Below are positions 36,765 through 47,370 of a stretch of 64,000 nt of DNA, piece by piece. The stretch's first letter is position 1. Each line of letters starts with the position of its first letter. A program made the translations under genes and the position numbers. This DNA comes from Halarcobacter sp. (lineage in GTDB: Bacteria; Campylobacterota; Campylobacteria; Campylobacterales; Arcobacteraceae), in the NCBI GenBank assembly GCA_963676565.1, contig OY781089.1, forward strand, positions 2,080,001 to 2,144,000. Direction: 5' to 3'. The notes under the pieces were generated by a model. The model did not search any database and had not been told where the DNA came from. It was given only the letters and a program-made list of their open reading frames with translations.

Positions 36765-38263
36765 CTCTAGTTTATACAAAAAAACATATAGAAATTTTTG
36801 AAAATAATATTATTACTATTATTAGATATTGGATAGGGAATGAAGAGGTTTTAAACCTACTTAGAAGATATGAAATTGATATAAAGTTTTTTGTAAAAGA
36901 GTTTGCTTTAGGAATTATTAGATATTTTCTTAAAATTTTTGAAAATACTACTTTTATTGGAGCTTGCCCAGTAATTGATAAATTAATAGTATATTTAAAA
37001 AATGAAGGTACAACCTCAAAAGATCTTTTTATTTTATGTAATGGCTTAAAAAACTCTTTTGAAAAAATAAGTTTCGAGTTTAATATTGCAAATAAGCAAT
37101 TGTTTGAAGAGTTTAATTATGTACATACCAAAAATTTTACTTCAATTTTAGATAAATATAATAACTCATTTTCAAGTATAAAAAGAAAACTTGATAAAAC
37201 AAGTGATATTATAGATAGATATGTAATCACTTCTAGAATATCTGCAAAGGGTAAAATCCTATATGCTTCTGAAGCCTTTTCTAATATTTCTGGTTTTTCT
37301 AAAGAGGAATTAACTGGGAAATATAATAATATATTAAAACATATTGATATGCCAAAAAAATTCTTTACAGAGTTTTATAATTTAATAAAAGAGAAAAGTA
37401 GTTTTTCTGGTGAAATTAAATGTTTGAAAAAAAATGGTAGCTTCTACTGGGTTGATGTTTTAATCTCTCCACATTATGATAATAACAACGAGTTTATGTA
37501 TTTTGATTTACTTTCTCACAACATCACTTCAAGAAAAAAACTTCAAGAGCAAAAGAAAATGTTGGTTGAACAATCAAAACTTGCTGTTATGGGAGAAATG
37601 ATCTCAATGATTGCCCACCAATGGAGACAACCTTTACAAGCTGTATCAATAATGTCCCAAAAAATATTGATAAATAAAAGCCTTGAGGGTGAAGTTAGTG
37701 AGGAGTTTTTAGAAGAAACCATAAATAATATAAATACTCAATTAGATTATATGAGTAAAACTATTGATGATTTTAGAGATTTCTTTTTGCCAAACAAAGT
37801 AAAAGAAAAAACTAGTATTGAGTTTATTATTAACAAGGCATTAGAATTTGTTTCTTACTTAATAAAGAATGACTCAATAGATATAAGTATTGAAAAAAGT
37901 ACTGATGCCCAAATAGAATTATTTGTTAATGAGATAGTTCAAGTGATTATAAATATTATAAAAAATGCCAGAGATGTTTTAGAAGAGAGAAATATTGAAA
38001 ATAAACAAATCAAAATAAGATATTTTCAAGAGGAAAATTTTTTAGTTATAGAAATCGAAGATAATGCTGGTGGAATAAGTGATGATGTAATTGAAAAAAT
38101 ATTTAATCCATATTTTTCAACAAAAGATAATAAAAATGGTACAGGTCTTGGTTTATATATGTCTAAAACAATAATAGAAAAACATAGTTCAGGTATTTTA
38201 GCTGTTCAGAATACTAAAAATGGAGCGATGTTTATAATAAAAATACCAATAAATAATCTTTAG
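36761..38263 (+). CDS. Cytoplasmic PAS sensor histidine kinase
   Basis: No TM; PAS (ISGFSKEELTGK...KKNGSFYWV); IAHQWRQPL, DNAGG and GTGLGL motifs. Confidence 0.9.
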   Translation: MTLVYTKKHIEIFENNIITIIRYWIGNEEVLNLLRRYEIDIKFFVKEFALGIIRYFLKIFENTTFIGACPVIDKLIVYLKNEGTTSKDLFILCNGLKNSFEKISFEFNIANKQLFEEFNYVHTKNFTSILDKYNNSFSSIKRKLDKTSDIIDRYVITSRISAKGKILYASEAFSNISGFSKEELTGKYNNILKHIDMPKKFFTEFYNLIKEKSSFSGEIKCLKKNGSFYWVDVLISPHYDNNNEFMYFDLLSHNITSRKKLQEQKKMLVEQSKLAVMGEMISMIAHQWRQPLQAVSIMSQKILINKSLEGEVSEEFLEETINNINTQLDYMSKTIDDFRDFFLPNKVKEKTSIEFIINKALEFVSYLIKNDSIDISIEKSTDAQIELFVNEIVQVIINIIKNARDVLEERNIENKQIKIRYFQEENFLVIEIEDNAGGISDDVIEKIFNPYFSTKDNKNGTGLGLYMSKTIIEKHSSGILAVQNTKNGAMFIIKIPINNL

Positions 38264-38346
38264 AAATACTATTTTTACGGGTTTTTGACTCCATTATAAT
38301 TTAATAAAAATATTGTATACTTATATAGACTATTTTTGGATATATA

Positions 38347-40968
38347 ATGAATATTAAAATTAAACTTGTACTCTTCTTTCTTTTGGTAAAAGTAATCCCT
38401 GTGCTTTTTATTTTTTATATTGCACTAAAAGGTGCTGAAGAATTAAATGTATATATAAAAGATCATATCTCACAAACCTCAAATACAAATAGTAAGATTT
38501 TAGAAGAAACTACAAATAGTGCCTTAACCGATACCATTAAATATTTAGATAAAAAATCACAAGAATCTTTAGAAAAAATGACATATCAAATATCTAATAA
38601 CATCGCTAACTTTCTTTATGAAAGGGATAAGGATTTACTTTTTTTATCATCATTACAACTAGATAACAATGTTTTAAAAAATTTTTATGATAGTAAATTT
38701 TTAAATGTTATAGCAACTCCAGAATATTTTTATGACGAAAAAAAATCTATTTGGATAGAAAAAAATGGATTAGAAAAAAAACTAAGAGATAAAAATGCTT
38801 CTAATTTAAAAGATAACCAAAAAGAATTTAATTTTGTTGATCCAATAAATTATAACTACACAAAAAAAGCAATATATAAAGAGATAAGTTTTTTTGATTT
38901 AGATGGTAATGAAAAATATAAATATTCAAAAATAAATCAAAATAAATTGAATGTTTTCAAGAAAGAGAATACATATTTAAAAGCAGAAAATTATAAAGAA
39001 GAGATTGAAAAATTAAATGAGGGTGAAATTTATGTTTCTGAAGTTATTGGAGAATACGTACCATCAAAGATAATTGGTACTTTCACAAAAGAAAAAGCTT
39101 TAAAAAACAATATTGAATTTAAACCTGAAACCCATGGTTTTGCTGGAAAAGAAAATCCTGTAGGGAAAAAGTTTGATGGTATTATTAGGTTTATCACTCC
39201 TGTTTTTAAGAATAATGAAAAAATAGGCTTTTTATCTTTTGCCTTAGATCATTATCATATTATGGAGTTTTCAGACAAGATAAACCCTGTATCTAAAGAA
39301 ATTAAACAAGTAATCGCAGATGCAAGTATTGGAAATTATGCTTTTATATGGGATAACCTTGGACGAAATATCTCTCACCCTAGAGATTATTTTATAGTTG
39401 GATTTGATAAGAATACAGGAAAAAGAGTAATGCCTTGGTTAGAGTTATCCCTTGCTCAAGAGTTTAAAAAGTCAGGAAAAGAGATAAATGATTTTTTAGA
39501 AAATTATACCTCTTTTAAAAATCAAAGTCTTAATAAAAAGCCAAATATCGAACAATTAAAACAGGATGGAAATGTTGGTCTTGATTGTAGATACTTAAAT
39601 TTTGCACCACAATGTGAAGGATGGATGCAATTAACAAAAAATGGTGGATATGGTTCATTTATAATATTTTGGAGCAATGTATGGAAATTAACTACAGCCT
39701 CTGCAATCCCTTATTATACAGGTAAATATGGAAAATCAAAGAGAGGTTTTGGATTTGTAACCATTGGTGCAAATGTTGATGAATTTCATGCCGCAGCAAA
39801 TAAAACAAAAGACAAGATTAAAACTATAGTTAATGAACAAAAAAATGTTTTAGAAGCTAATAAATCAAAGAGTGAAGAGATTATCTCATATTATTTAAAA
39901 GGATTGATTAATGAACTTTCAGTAAGTACAATAATTATGATAATAATTGTAATCTTTTTAGCAATTTGGATGTCAAATTTTATTAGTAGAAAAATAGATA
40001 ATTTATTGATTGGAACAAAATATTTTGCCCAAGGTAATTTAGATTATCAAATTGAAGAATCTTCTAATGATGAAATTGGACAATTGGAAAAATCATTTAA
40101 TAATATGAATAAAAAGATAAAATCATTAATTAATGAACAAAAAGAACTAAATGAAAGTTTAGAAAAAAAGGTTAAAGAGGAAGTTTTAAAAAACCTAGAA
40201 AAGGAACAAAAACTAGCACAACAATCAAAATTAGTTTCAATGGGCGAGATGATTGCAAATATTGCTCACCAGTGGAGACAGCCTTTAAGTGTTATTTCCA
40301 CAAGTATTAGTGGTGTTAAGTTAAACCTTGAATTTGATATGCTTGAAAAAGATCAAATAGAAAGGTGTATTTCAAATGTTGAAAAACAAACAAATTACCT
40401 TTCAAATACTATTGATAATTTTAGAAGTTTTATTAAAGGTGACAAAACCTCTAAAGAGATTAGTTTAAAAGAGATTTTTGATTATACAAACTCTTTATTA
40501 AGTGCAACACTATCAAATTCATATATAAATGTTGTTATGTCAATTGACGAAAATATTATTTTTATGGGAAATAAAAATGAAATTTCTGAAGCATTTATAA
40601 ATTTAATCAATAACTCAAAAGATGTATTAGTATCTAAATATAAAGAGGATGAAGAAAAAATCATTTTTATTAAGTCAAATATTATAAATGAAACAAGTTT
40701 GGAGATTAAATTTTATGATAATGGTTTGGGAATTGATGAGGGTATAATTGATAAAGTATTAGAACCATATTTTACTACAAAACACCAGTCAATTGGTACT
40801 GGCTTAGGTCTATCAATGGTTGAAAAAATTGTTAGAGAAAAATATCATGGGGAAGTACATGTTGAAAATAAAAAGTTTGAATATGATGGTAAAGAATATT
40901 TTGGTGCATGTTTTACATTGGTATTTAACAATGTAATAAAATCTAAAATAAATGATAATAAAAGTTAA
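38347..40968 (+). CDS. Membrane sensor histidine kinase with large periplasmic domain and HAMP
   Basis: Two TMs; HAMP (DEIGQLEKSFN); IAHQWRQPL, DNGLG and GTGLGL motifs. Confidence 0.9.
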   Translation: MNIKIKLVLFFLLVKVIPVLFIFYIALKGAEELNVYIKDHISQTSNTNSKILEETTNSALTDTIKYLDKKSQESLEKMTYQISNNIANFLYERDKDLLFLSSLQLDNNVLKNFYDSKFLNVIATPEYFYDEKKSIWIEKNGLEKKLRDKNASNLKDNQKEFNFVDPINYNYTKKAIYKEISFFDLDGNEKYKYSKINQNKLNVFKKENTYLKAENYKEEIEKLNEGEIYVSEVIGEYVPSKIIGTFTKEKALKNNIEFKPETHGFAGKENPVGKKFDGIIRFITPVFKNNEKIGFLSFALDHYHIMEFSDKINPVSKEIKQVIADASIGNYAFIWDNLGRNISHPRDYFIVGFDKNTGKRVMPWLELSLAQEFKKSGKEINDFLENYTSFKNQSLNKKPNIEQLKQDGNVGLDCRYLNFAPQCEGWMQLTKNGGYGSFIIFWSNVWKLTTASAIPYYTGKYGKSKRGFGFVTIGANVDEFHAAANKTKDKIKTIVNEQKNVLEANKSKSEEIISYYLKGLINELSVSTIIMIIIVIFLAIWMSNFISRKIDNLLIGTKYFAQGNLDYQIEESSNDEIGQLEKSFNNMNKKIKSLINEQKELNESLEKKVKEEVLKNLEKEQKLAQQSKLVSMGEMIANIAHQWRQPLSVISTSISGVKLNLEFDMLEKDQIERCISNVEKQTNYLSNTIDNFRSFIKGDKTSKEISLKEIFDYTNSLLSATLSNSYINVVMSIDENIIFMGNKNEISEAFINLINNSKDVLVSKYKEDEEKIIFIKSNIINETSLEIKFYDNGLGIDEGIIDKVLEPYFTTKHQSIGTGLGLSMVEKIVREKYHGEVHVENKKFEYDGKEYFGACFTLVFNNVIKSKINDNKS

Positions 40969-41031
40969 TTGCAGAAATAAAGTAATTTTTTTGTAAAATA
41001 AGCTTTCGCATACGAACTTTAGGAGTGATAA

Positions 41032-41955
41032 TTGTTATATAAAGAATTGAAAGAAAGTATTAGAACATTAGGTTTTTTAACAATAGAAGATTTTGTACAC
41101 TATATTGGAGTGACTCCAGCAGATATACTTGAATGGGAAGAAAAAGATGAAATCCCTTATACTGTTTCACTTATTATTCATCTTCTAAAAGGAGATGTTG
41201 ATTTACCAAATAATTCTGCACTTGATAACCTTGTAGAAGAGTGTTTACCTTTGGCTGAATTATTAGAAGAAGCATCATCTTTCCCTCATAAATTAGAAGA
41301 AATGTTTTTATTACAAAAACAATTGAATGATTCTACAAATGGTAAGAATTGGGAACTAGGGCAAAATAAATATGGAAAAGAGATTAATTGGCTTAGATGT
41401 ATCCATATGGAAGTTGCTGAATTAATTGAATCAACACCATGGAAACACTGGAAAAATATTAATGCAGCACCAGATATGAATAATATTCATGTTGAGCTTG
41501 TTGATATTTGGCACTTTTTAATGTCTTATATTTTACAAGAAACAAATGTACCAAAAGCTGTTTCTTTAGTAAATACTCATTGTATATATGAGGCTGTAGA
41601 AATAGAAGATATTGATGTAAAATTGATGGTAAAAGAGGCTGAAAAATTATCATATATCTCTTTAGCTATTGAAACTGGAAATATGCCTTCATTTAGTGGA
41701 GTTGAAAGATTTATTGATCAATTCTTTAGATGTTGTAAAATCTCTGGTTTATCTTTTATGTGGTTACAAAAACTATATATTGGTAAAAATTGTTTAAATA
41801 AATTTAGACAAGATCATGGATATAAAGAGGGTACTTATATAAAAGAATGGAATGGTGATGAAGATAATGTAGTTATGGTTTCTGTTTTAGAAGATATGGA
41901 AAATGTTAGCTTTGATGAACTTTATGAAGCATTAAATAAAAACTATCCTGGTTAA
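41032..41955 (+). CDS. Dimeric (all-alpha) dUTPase with N-terminal extension
   Basis: LQKQLND, CIHMEVAELIES, PWKHWK, VELVDIWHF and KNCLNKFRQDHGYKEG match Campylobacter-type dUTPase. Confidence 0.88.
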   Translation: MLYKELKESIRTLGFLTIEDFVHYIGVTPADILEWEEKDEIPYTVSLIIHLLKGDVDLPNNSALDNLVEECLPLAELLEEASSFPHKLEEMFLLQKQLNDSTNGKNWELGQNKYGKEINWLRCIHMEVAELIESTPWKHWKNINAAPDMNNIHVELVDIWHFLMSYILQETNVPKAVSLVNTHCIYEAVEIEDIDVKLMVKEAEKLSYISLAIETGNMPSFSGVERFIDQFFRCCKISGLSFMWLQKLYIGKNCLNKFRQDHGYKEGTYIKEWNGDEDNVVMVSVLEDMENVSFDELYEALNKNYPG

Positions 41956-41980
41956 TTAAGTAATAGTAAACTCTCAACTA

Positions 41981-42012
41981 AAGAAGTTAAGAAAAACTCT
42001 TCTTAACTTCTT
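41981..42012. terminator. Bidirectional terminator-like hairpin
   Basis: AAGAAGTTAAGAA-N6-TTCTTAACTTCTT between convergent genes. Confidence 0.7.
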
Positions 42013-42022
42013 AATCTTTTAA

Positions 42023-43186
42023 TTAAAAATCAAATTTTCTTTTCAATACAAAAAATACTTCTATAGTTTTATATTGTGAATAAATAAATGGAATCATTAG
42101 AAGAAAATATGCAATTGAATACTTATCAATTACATTATTATACGTTAATCCAAAATTAATAAAGAACATACCAAATACCATAAATGCAACACCTGGACAA
42201 ATCAATGCAAATGAGATTGATGATTTAGTATCATTACTATAAACATATTGTTCAAAGTAATTATTAATCTTCATAACTTTATACCCTAAAGCACCAAATA
42301 AAATCTGAATTGATAAAATAACTGAACTTAAGGTAAATAAAGATGATTTACTCATATGTGAATCAAAATTATGATCTAATCCAAATGAAACTCTAATCAT
42401 CATAATTCCAAGAAGTGTTAAAATTGGAATTAAAATCCATAATGATGGAGAAGCTTCAACTGAGATACCCTGTTCAAACATATTTTTAAATCCCATAGTA
42501 ATTTTAATAATTACAAGTAAAATTGCAACAGAACCAAAAAATAAAGCACCAAAAATACCAATAGCATTTATAACTAGATTATGACTCATTGCTCCAGGAG
42601 CTGCAAATCCAACAGAAACCATTGATAAAGAAAAGATTGATATCATTTGTGAAAGATTATTGTTTTTTGTAAAATCGAAATTACCATTTGTTAATATTCT
42701 AGAAAAATAGTTAAATAAAATTTTTAATGCATAATATCCACATGCCATAAAACCAATAATTGCAAAAGGAAACATATACTCAACTATACTCCATAATTTT
42801 GGTACAAAAACTGCACCTAAAACAAAACATACATTGATTGTCATTGCAAATGTTAAAGGAATCGTCATAAGAGTAATCTCTGAATTTGTTCCTATAAGAT
42901 TTTTATATGATTCTGTTTCTTTATATTTTTTAAATTGTTTTGTATTCCAAATAAGTAATTTAAAATGTAAATAAGCAAAGACAATGATAAAAACCAGTGA
43001 AAATACTATAACAAATGATAACCAAGTACCCTTTAATAGCTCTGGATATATAAAATCAAATGTAGCTAATGGAACACCTTTGTGGGGAACTAAAAACATT
43101 AAATACATAAAAAACGATACAGATAAACCACCAGCTCCTAATGCAGCTAGAAAACACATAGGATTGAACTTTTCCCTATATTCCAT
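42023..43186 (-). CDS. Polytopic membrane protein, possibly TsoY-like (Cys form)
   Basis: About 10 TM segments; FLAALGAGGLSVSFFMYL and ALICPGVA motifs. Family name recalled, not verified. Confidence 0.5.
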   Translation of the reverse strand: MEYREKFNPMCFLAALGAGGLSVSFFMYLMFLVPHKGVPLATFDFIYPELLKGTWLSFVIVFSLVFIIVFAYLHFKLLIWNTKQFKKYKETESYKNLIGTNSEITLMTIPLTFAMTINVCFVLGAVFVPKLWSIVEYMFPFAIIGFMACGYYALKILFNYFSRILTNGNFDFTKNNNLSQMISIFSLSMVSVGFAAPGAMSHNLVINAIGIFGALFFGSVAILLVIIKITMGFKNMFEQGISVEASPSLWILIPILTLLGIMMIRVSFGLDHNFDSHMSKSSLFTLSSVILSIQILFGALGYKVMKINNYFEQYVYSNDTKSSISFALICPGVAFMVFGMFFINFGLTYNNVIDKYSIAYFLLMIPFIYSQYKTIEVFFVLKRKFDF

Positions 43187-43275
43187 ATAAACCCTTTTAT
43201 TATAAATTTTTCCGAATAATACACAAAGAATTATTAAAAAAACATAAGTAAAAATAATAAGTTTAACTTATACTT

Positions 43276-44163
43276 ATGAAATATACAGAAAGATTTTTAA
43301 GAGCAATAAGGATAAAATTGCGAATGTATAAAATTTCAGTAGATAAAGAACTCTTTAAAAATATAAAATTTAAAAAAACGAAAATATTAGAAAAAGGAAC
43401 TTCTTTGTATTGGAAAAGAGAATTATTAGAACCAAGAATAGAAAATGACAAAATAAAATACACAATAAAACAACTTGATAAACTAAAAATCACTAATGGT
43501 TTAGGTGAAGATAAACCACAACTCATTATAGAGTGTGAAAGAGTTGACTACTCTTTTAAAAAAGATCTCTTTGAATTTCACCTTGGAAAAATACTAGAAC
43601 AAAAAAATACTGATATTCAAGAAGATTATAAAGATTCTTTAATAGAACAGTTATTAAGGGAAAAAGCTGCCCTAGAAGATAATATGAACAAAGATCATTT
43701 AACACAAGTTTATAATAGAAGAAAAATGGAAGCAGATTTAGACCTTTTTGTAAATCAAAATAATTCAGACTTACTATGTACCGTGTTTGTGGATGCAGAT
43801 AGATTTAAAGGTATTAATGATAATTTTGGTCATGATGCTGGTGATAGGGTTTTGATTTATCTTGCCAAAAAGTTAGAAAAATATGCAAGAATTTTAAATG
43901 GTGAAGTTTATAGATATGGTGGGGAAGAGTTTGTTATTTTATGTTTTATAAAAAAATCTGAGTTGATTTCAAAACTAAACGATTTAAGAGCAGAAATAAA
44001 AGCTCAAAGGATATATCATAAGATAAGAGACATATCTATTAGTGTTAGTATGGGAATCTCTTTTTATAGTGAATGTAACTCAAAAGATGAAATGATTATT
44101 AAAGCTGATAAAGGTGTTTATAAAGCAAAAAGTAATGGAAGAGATAGGGTAGAGTTTGGTTAG
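43276..44163 (+). CDS. Diguanylate cyclase (true start probably about 43318-43324)
   Basis: DHLTQVYNR, DADRFKGINDNFGHDAGD and RYGGEEF; AAGGA SD at 43307 precedes internal TTG/ATG. Confidence 0.88.
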   Translation: MKYTERFLRAIRIKLRMYKISVDKELFKNIKFKKTKILEKGTSLYWKRELLEPRIENDKIKYTIKQLDKLKITNGLGEDKPQLIIECERVDYSFKKDLFEFHLGKILEQKNTDIQEDYKDSLIEQLLREKAALEDNMNKDHLTQVYNRRKMEADLDLFVNQNNSDLLCTVFVDADRFKGINDNFGHDAGDRVLIYLAKKLEKYARILNGEVYRYGGEEFVILCFIKKSELISKLNDLRAEIKAQRIYHKIRDISISVSMGISFYSECNSKDEMIIKADKGVYKAKSNGRDRVEFG

Positions 44164-44189
44164 TATTGTAGAGATTCCTCTCTACCTTA

Positions 44190-44465
44190 CTATTTACCTA
44201 TTTTTTCTGCAATCGCTTGAATATCAGCGTCAGAAAGACCTGTAACTTGTGGTTTCATAATTGCTTTCATTGGACCACCATAAGTTCCATCTTGATACCC
44301 TTTTAATGAATCAATAATCTCTTGTTTAGTCATATCTTTCATTATTTTAGATTTTCCTAAAGCAACTTTTTCTCCATTGGCACCATGACATGCAACACAT
44401 TTAGCATAAGGGTTTGCAAAAGCAGCTCCAGCTAATATTGCAGTTAAAATTAAAACTTTCTTCAT
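44190..44465 (-). CDS. Cytochrome c553-type monoheme cytochrome
   Basis: Signal peptide, CVACH heme motif, YGGPMKAIM axial Met. Confidence 0.93.
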   Translation of the reverse strand: MKKVLILTAILAGAAFANPYAKCVACHGANGEKVALGKSKIMKDMTKQEIIDSLKGYQDGTYGGPMKAIMKPQVTGLSDADIQAIAEKIGK

Positions 44466-44584
44466 TATCTTCTCCTTAAATTTTATTTTTAAAATTATAA
44501 TTAAAAATTGTAGAATAAAAATGGACTTATGTCAAGAAAAAAATAATTATTTTTTAAAAAAGTATAGTATTTTTTTATACTATA

Positions 44585-46162
44585 CTATTTTAAAGAGTCT
44601 AATAATTCTGCTTTTAATTCCTCTTTATTGATTTTATTCTTATCACTTGGAATTAAAGGAAGTGATTTTTTATAAATTATTCTATTAGGAATCATATAAG
44701 AAGCTAGATGATTTTTAAGTTCAAAAGTTATCTCTTTTGGAGGGATTTCACTTCTAGAACTATAAACCATAACTATCTCTTCTTCAATTTCATCATTTGG
44801 AATTGAGAATATTGCACATTGCTCAATTTGTGGAAAATTCTTTTCAACAACTGATTCAACCTCAAAAGGACTTACTCTAAATCCTCTAGTTTTAATCATG
44901 TCATCTCTTCTACTTACAAAATAGAAATATCCCTCTTCATCTTTATAAACATAATCTCCTGTTGCAACAACAATTTCATCTCTTAATTGTCCATCTAAAT
45001 TGATTACATTTTTTAAAATTTGAATCGATTTAAATCTTTGAGCCGTTTCAATTGGAGCATTCCAAAAACCTTTGTAGATATATCCACCTCTGTGGATTAA
45101 TTCACCCACTTCTCTTGGTTTACACTCATATCCCTCTTCATTTATAACATATAATTCTACGTCTGGAATAGCTTTTCCAATCGATTCAGGTCTAATATTT
45201 ATTTGTGATGGTTCTAAATATGTAGATCTAAATGCCTCTGTTAAACCATGCATTGAATAAAAGTTAACTTGAGGAAAATATCTTTGGATATTTTTTACCA
45301 TTTTAGGTGTTACATTTCCACCTGAAGAGGTAATAGTTTTTACATTAGCTAATAATTCAGGACTTGGTATTCTATGTTCATCTTCATCAAACATTGCATT
45401 TATAGTCACAGGCATCATAGCTACAACTGTTACATTATCATTTATTAAATGGTTGAAAAAATCTCCTGGTAAAATAAATCTATGTAATGCTAATGTTGCT
45501 CTTTTGTAAAGTGAACAAAAAATTTGATTTAAACCATAATCTAGATTAAAAATTAAAATTCCAGAAAGGACATCATCCTCTTGTAAATCTAAATATGAAG
45601 AAACAACCCTTGCACTATCAATTAAGTTTCTATGAGATATTACAATACCTTTAGGTGTTCCTGTTAATCCAAAAGAATAAGTTATTACAGCATTATCATG
45701 ACCATTTACTGTAGTTTCATATGGTTTTTTATAGTATTTAAAAATCTCTTCAAAAGAAGGGATATCTTTATGGGCAGTTTCGTATGAGATAATATGTCCA
45801 TCAAAATTAATTGATTCAATAGATTCAAGTTTTAATTTATCAGTAATAATACATCTAATATCACAATCATTGATTATGTATTCCACCTGTTCACTTTTAA
45901 GTAACTTTGTAAGTGGTACAAGCACATAATTGGTAGATAATATAGCTAGTATTGCTATAACTTGGTCCATACCTTTATTTGAGTAGATACCAATTCTACT
46001 CCCTGCTGGTAAATCTAACTCTTTTAAATAAAAAGCAATTTGATTAACTTTTTTTAATAACTCTTCATAAGTAATAGATTTCTCATTGTGTTTTATTGCT
46101 ATTTTATCACTATGTGTTAACGCAGCACTTTCAATTAATGATCTTATACAATTTATTGACAT
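44585..46162 (-). CDS. AMP-dependent ligase (ANL family) with atypical A3 motif
   Basis: YSFGLTGTPKG, MHGLTEAFRSTYL, TGD and SRRDDMIKTRGFRVSP motifs. Confidence 0.85.
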   Translation of the reverse strand: MSINCIRSLIESAALTHSDKIAIKHNEKSITYEELLKKVNQIAFYLKELDLPAGSRIGIYSNKGMDQVIAILAILSTNYVLVPLTKLLKSEQVEYIINDCDIRCIITDKLKLESIESINFDGHIISYETAHKDIPSFEEIFKYYKKPYETTVNGHDNAVITYSFGLTGTPKGIVISHRNLIDSARVVSSYLDLQEDDVLSGILIFNLDYGLNQIFCSLYKRATLALHRFILPGDFFNHLINDNVTVVAMMPVTINAMFDEDEHRIPSPELLANVKTITSSGGNVTPKMVKNIQRYFPQVNFYSMHGLTEAFRSTYLEPSQINIRPESIGKAIPDVELYVINEEGYECKPREVGELIHRGGYIYKGFWNAPIETAQRFKSIQILKNVINLDGQLRDEIVVATGDYVYKDEEGYFYFVSRRDDMIKTRGFRVSPFEVESVVEKNFPQIEQCAIFSIPNDEIEEEIVMVYSSRSEIPPKEITFELKNHLASYMIPNRIIYKKSLPLIPSDKNKINKEELKAELLDSLK

Positions 46163-46174
46163 CTTATTGCTCCT

Positions 46175-47362
46175 TTATTTATTCATACCCAAAGTCCAAA
46201 TATCATAATTGTTATCCATTACAATAGTTGGGTTGTGGTTAGAGTTTAGAATCTTCTTATAGAAAAATGATACTATATCTTCTATTTCCTCTTGCTTGAG
46301 AACTTTTGTAATTCCACCTGTTAGTACAATAGAATTAAGTACATTTAGTTTTAAATTAACATAGGCTTTTCTAAAAGTTGAAACTTTACATAAAACTAAG
46401 AATATTGCTAATTGCATCAGAATTCTAGTGCTTTTTTCACTTTTCTCATCAAAAATATTTTCAGTAACTTTTAAATGTGCTAGTAATTCATAAACAAACT
46501 CATTGTTTTTTGCTGCAAAGATTAATGATTCCCTTGATTTATATACACCAAGTTTTTTAAATACTAATCTATCATATTCATTTTGAGTTACCATATTTTC
46601 ATCAACTAAGTCTTTTGAATAGTGGATATCAGTAGTTGCTCCACCAATATCTATCAAGATATAAGGATTAGCAACTTTAAATTTACCATCTATCATTGGT
46701 AAAGTTTTATTAACAATATATGGTGTTGAGTAGATTTGATTTGATGTAATATCATATAGACTTTTAATATCTTCTTTTCCCATAATATCAGCTTGATAAA
46801 GGTTTGTTAAATACTCTTTTAAATGTTCCTCTTCAACATGAAGTCTATTTGTAATAATATTTGGAAGAACAACAAGGTTTTTTATTTTTTCTTTTAAAGA
46901 AGGAGCTTCTTTTGAGCTTCCAACATATACAATATTTGAATATTTTATTTTCTCAAGGTATTCAAATAGTTTTTCATCAAAAATATTAGAAACAGAGTCG
47001 ATCCCCCCAACAATAATTACTACATCGATTAAATCACTTGGAATTGAAGTTTTTTCAATATCTTTATATAAAACAGTATCAATAATATTAATACCTGAAT
47101 TAAAGGCGATATTAGTAGCATATTTTAAAGAAAAAGAGTTTGTAACACCGATGATTAATGTACTTAAACCACCATTTGCCGATGAACAAATATATACATC
47201 ATCTTTTTTATAATTATGGATTGTATCACCACATTTATATGTTAAATCATCATAAATATCTTTATTAAAGTCTCTAAAATGTTGCTCAACTCCATGTACT
47301 GTACATACTTTAAAATATGTACTTCCCACATCAATTAATAATTTATCATTTATTTCACTCAT
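46175..47362 (-). CDS. glmL: Glutamate mutase reactivase GlmL/MutL-like
   Basis: IDVGSTYFK, CSSANGGL and IDIGGATTDIH ASKHA motifs; ATG at 47362 follows an AAGGA SD. Confidence 0.85.
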   Translation of the reverse strand: MSEINDKLLIDVGSTYFKVCTVHGVEQHFRDFNKDIYDDLTYKCGDTIHNYKKDDVYICSSANGGLSTLIIGVTNSFSLKYATNIAFNSGINIIDTVLYKDIEKTSIPSDLIDVVIIVGGIDSVSNIFDEKLFEYLEKIKYSNIVYVGSSKEAPSLKEKIKNLVVLPNIITNRLHVEEEHLKEYLTNLYQADIMGKEDIKSLYDITSNQIYSTPYIVNKTLPMIDGKFKVANPYILIDIGGATTDIHYSKDLVDENMVTQNEYDRLVFKKLGVYKSRESLIFAAKNNEFVYELLAHLKVTENIFDEKSEKSTRILMQLAIFLVLCKVSTFRKAYVNLKLNVLNSIVLTGGITKVLKQEEIEDIVSFFYKKILNSNHNPTIVMDNNYDIWTLGMNK

Positions 47363-47370
47363 ATTCATCC

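Noticed and set aside
36561..36779. 72-aa minus-strand ORF
   Set aside because: Antisense to the better-supported 56-aa Cys-rich ORF that is coupled to both neighbours.
42023..43186. Selenoprotein recoding in the TsoY-like gene
   Set aside because: The ORF is uninterrupted and the candidate position is a Cys codon; there is no in-frame TGA.
43263..43526. 87-aa minus-strand ORF
   Set aside because: Antisense to the GGDEF gene; its hydrophobicity reflects the A-rich sense strand.
44522..44535. Crp/Fnr-like site TGGAC-N4-GTCAA upstream of cytochrome c553
   Set aside because: Single imperfect match; similar sequences upstream of ccsBA and the M20 gene have inconsistent spacing, so it is not supportable.
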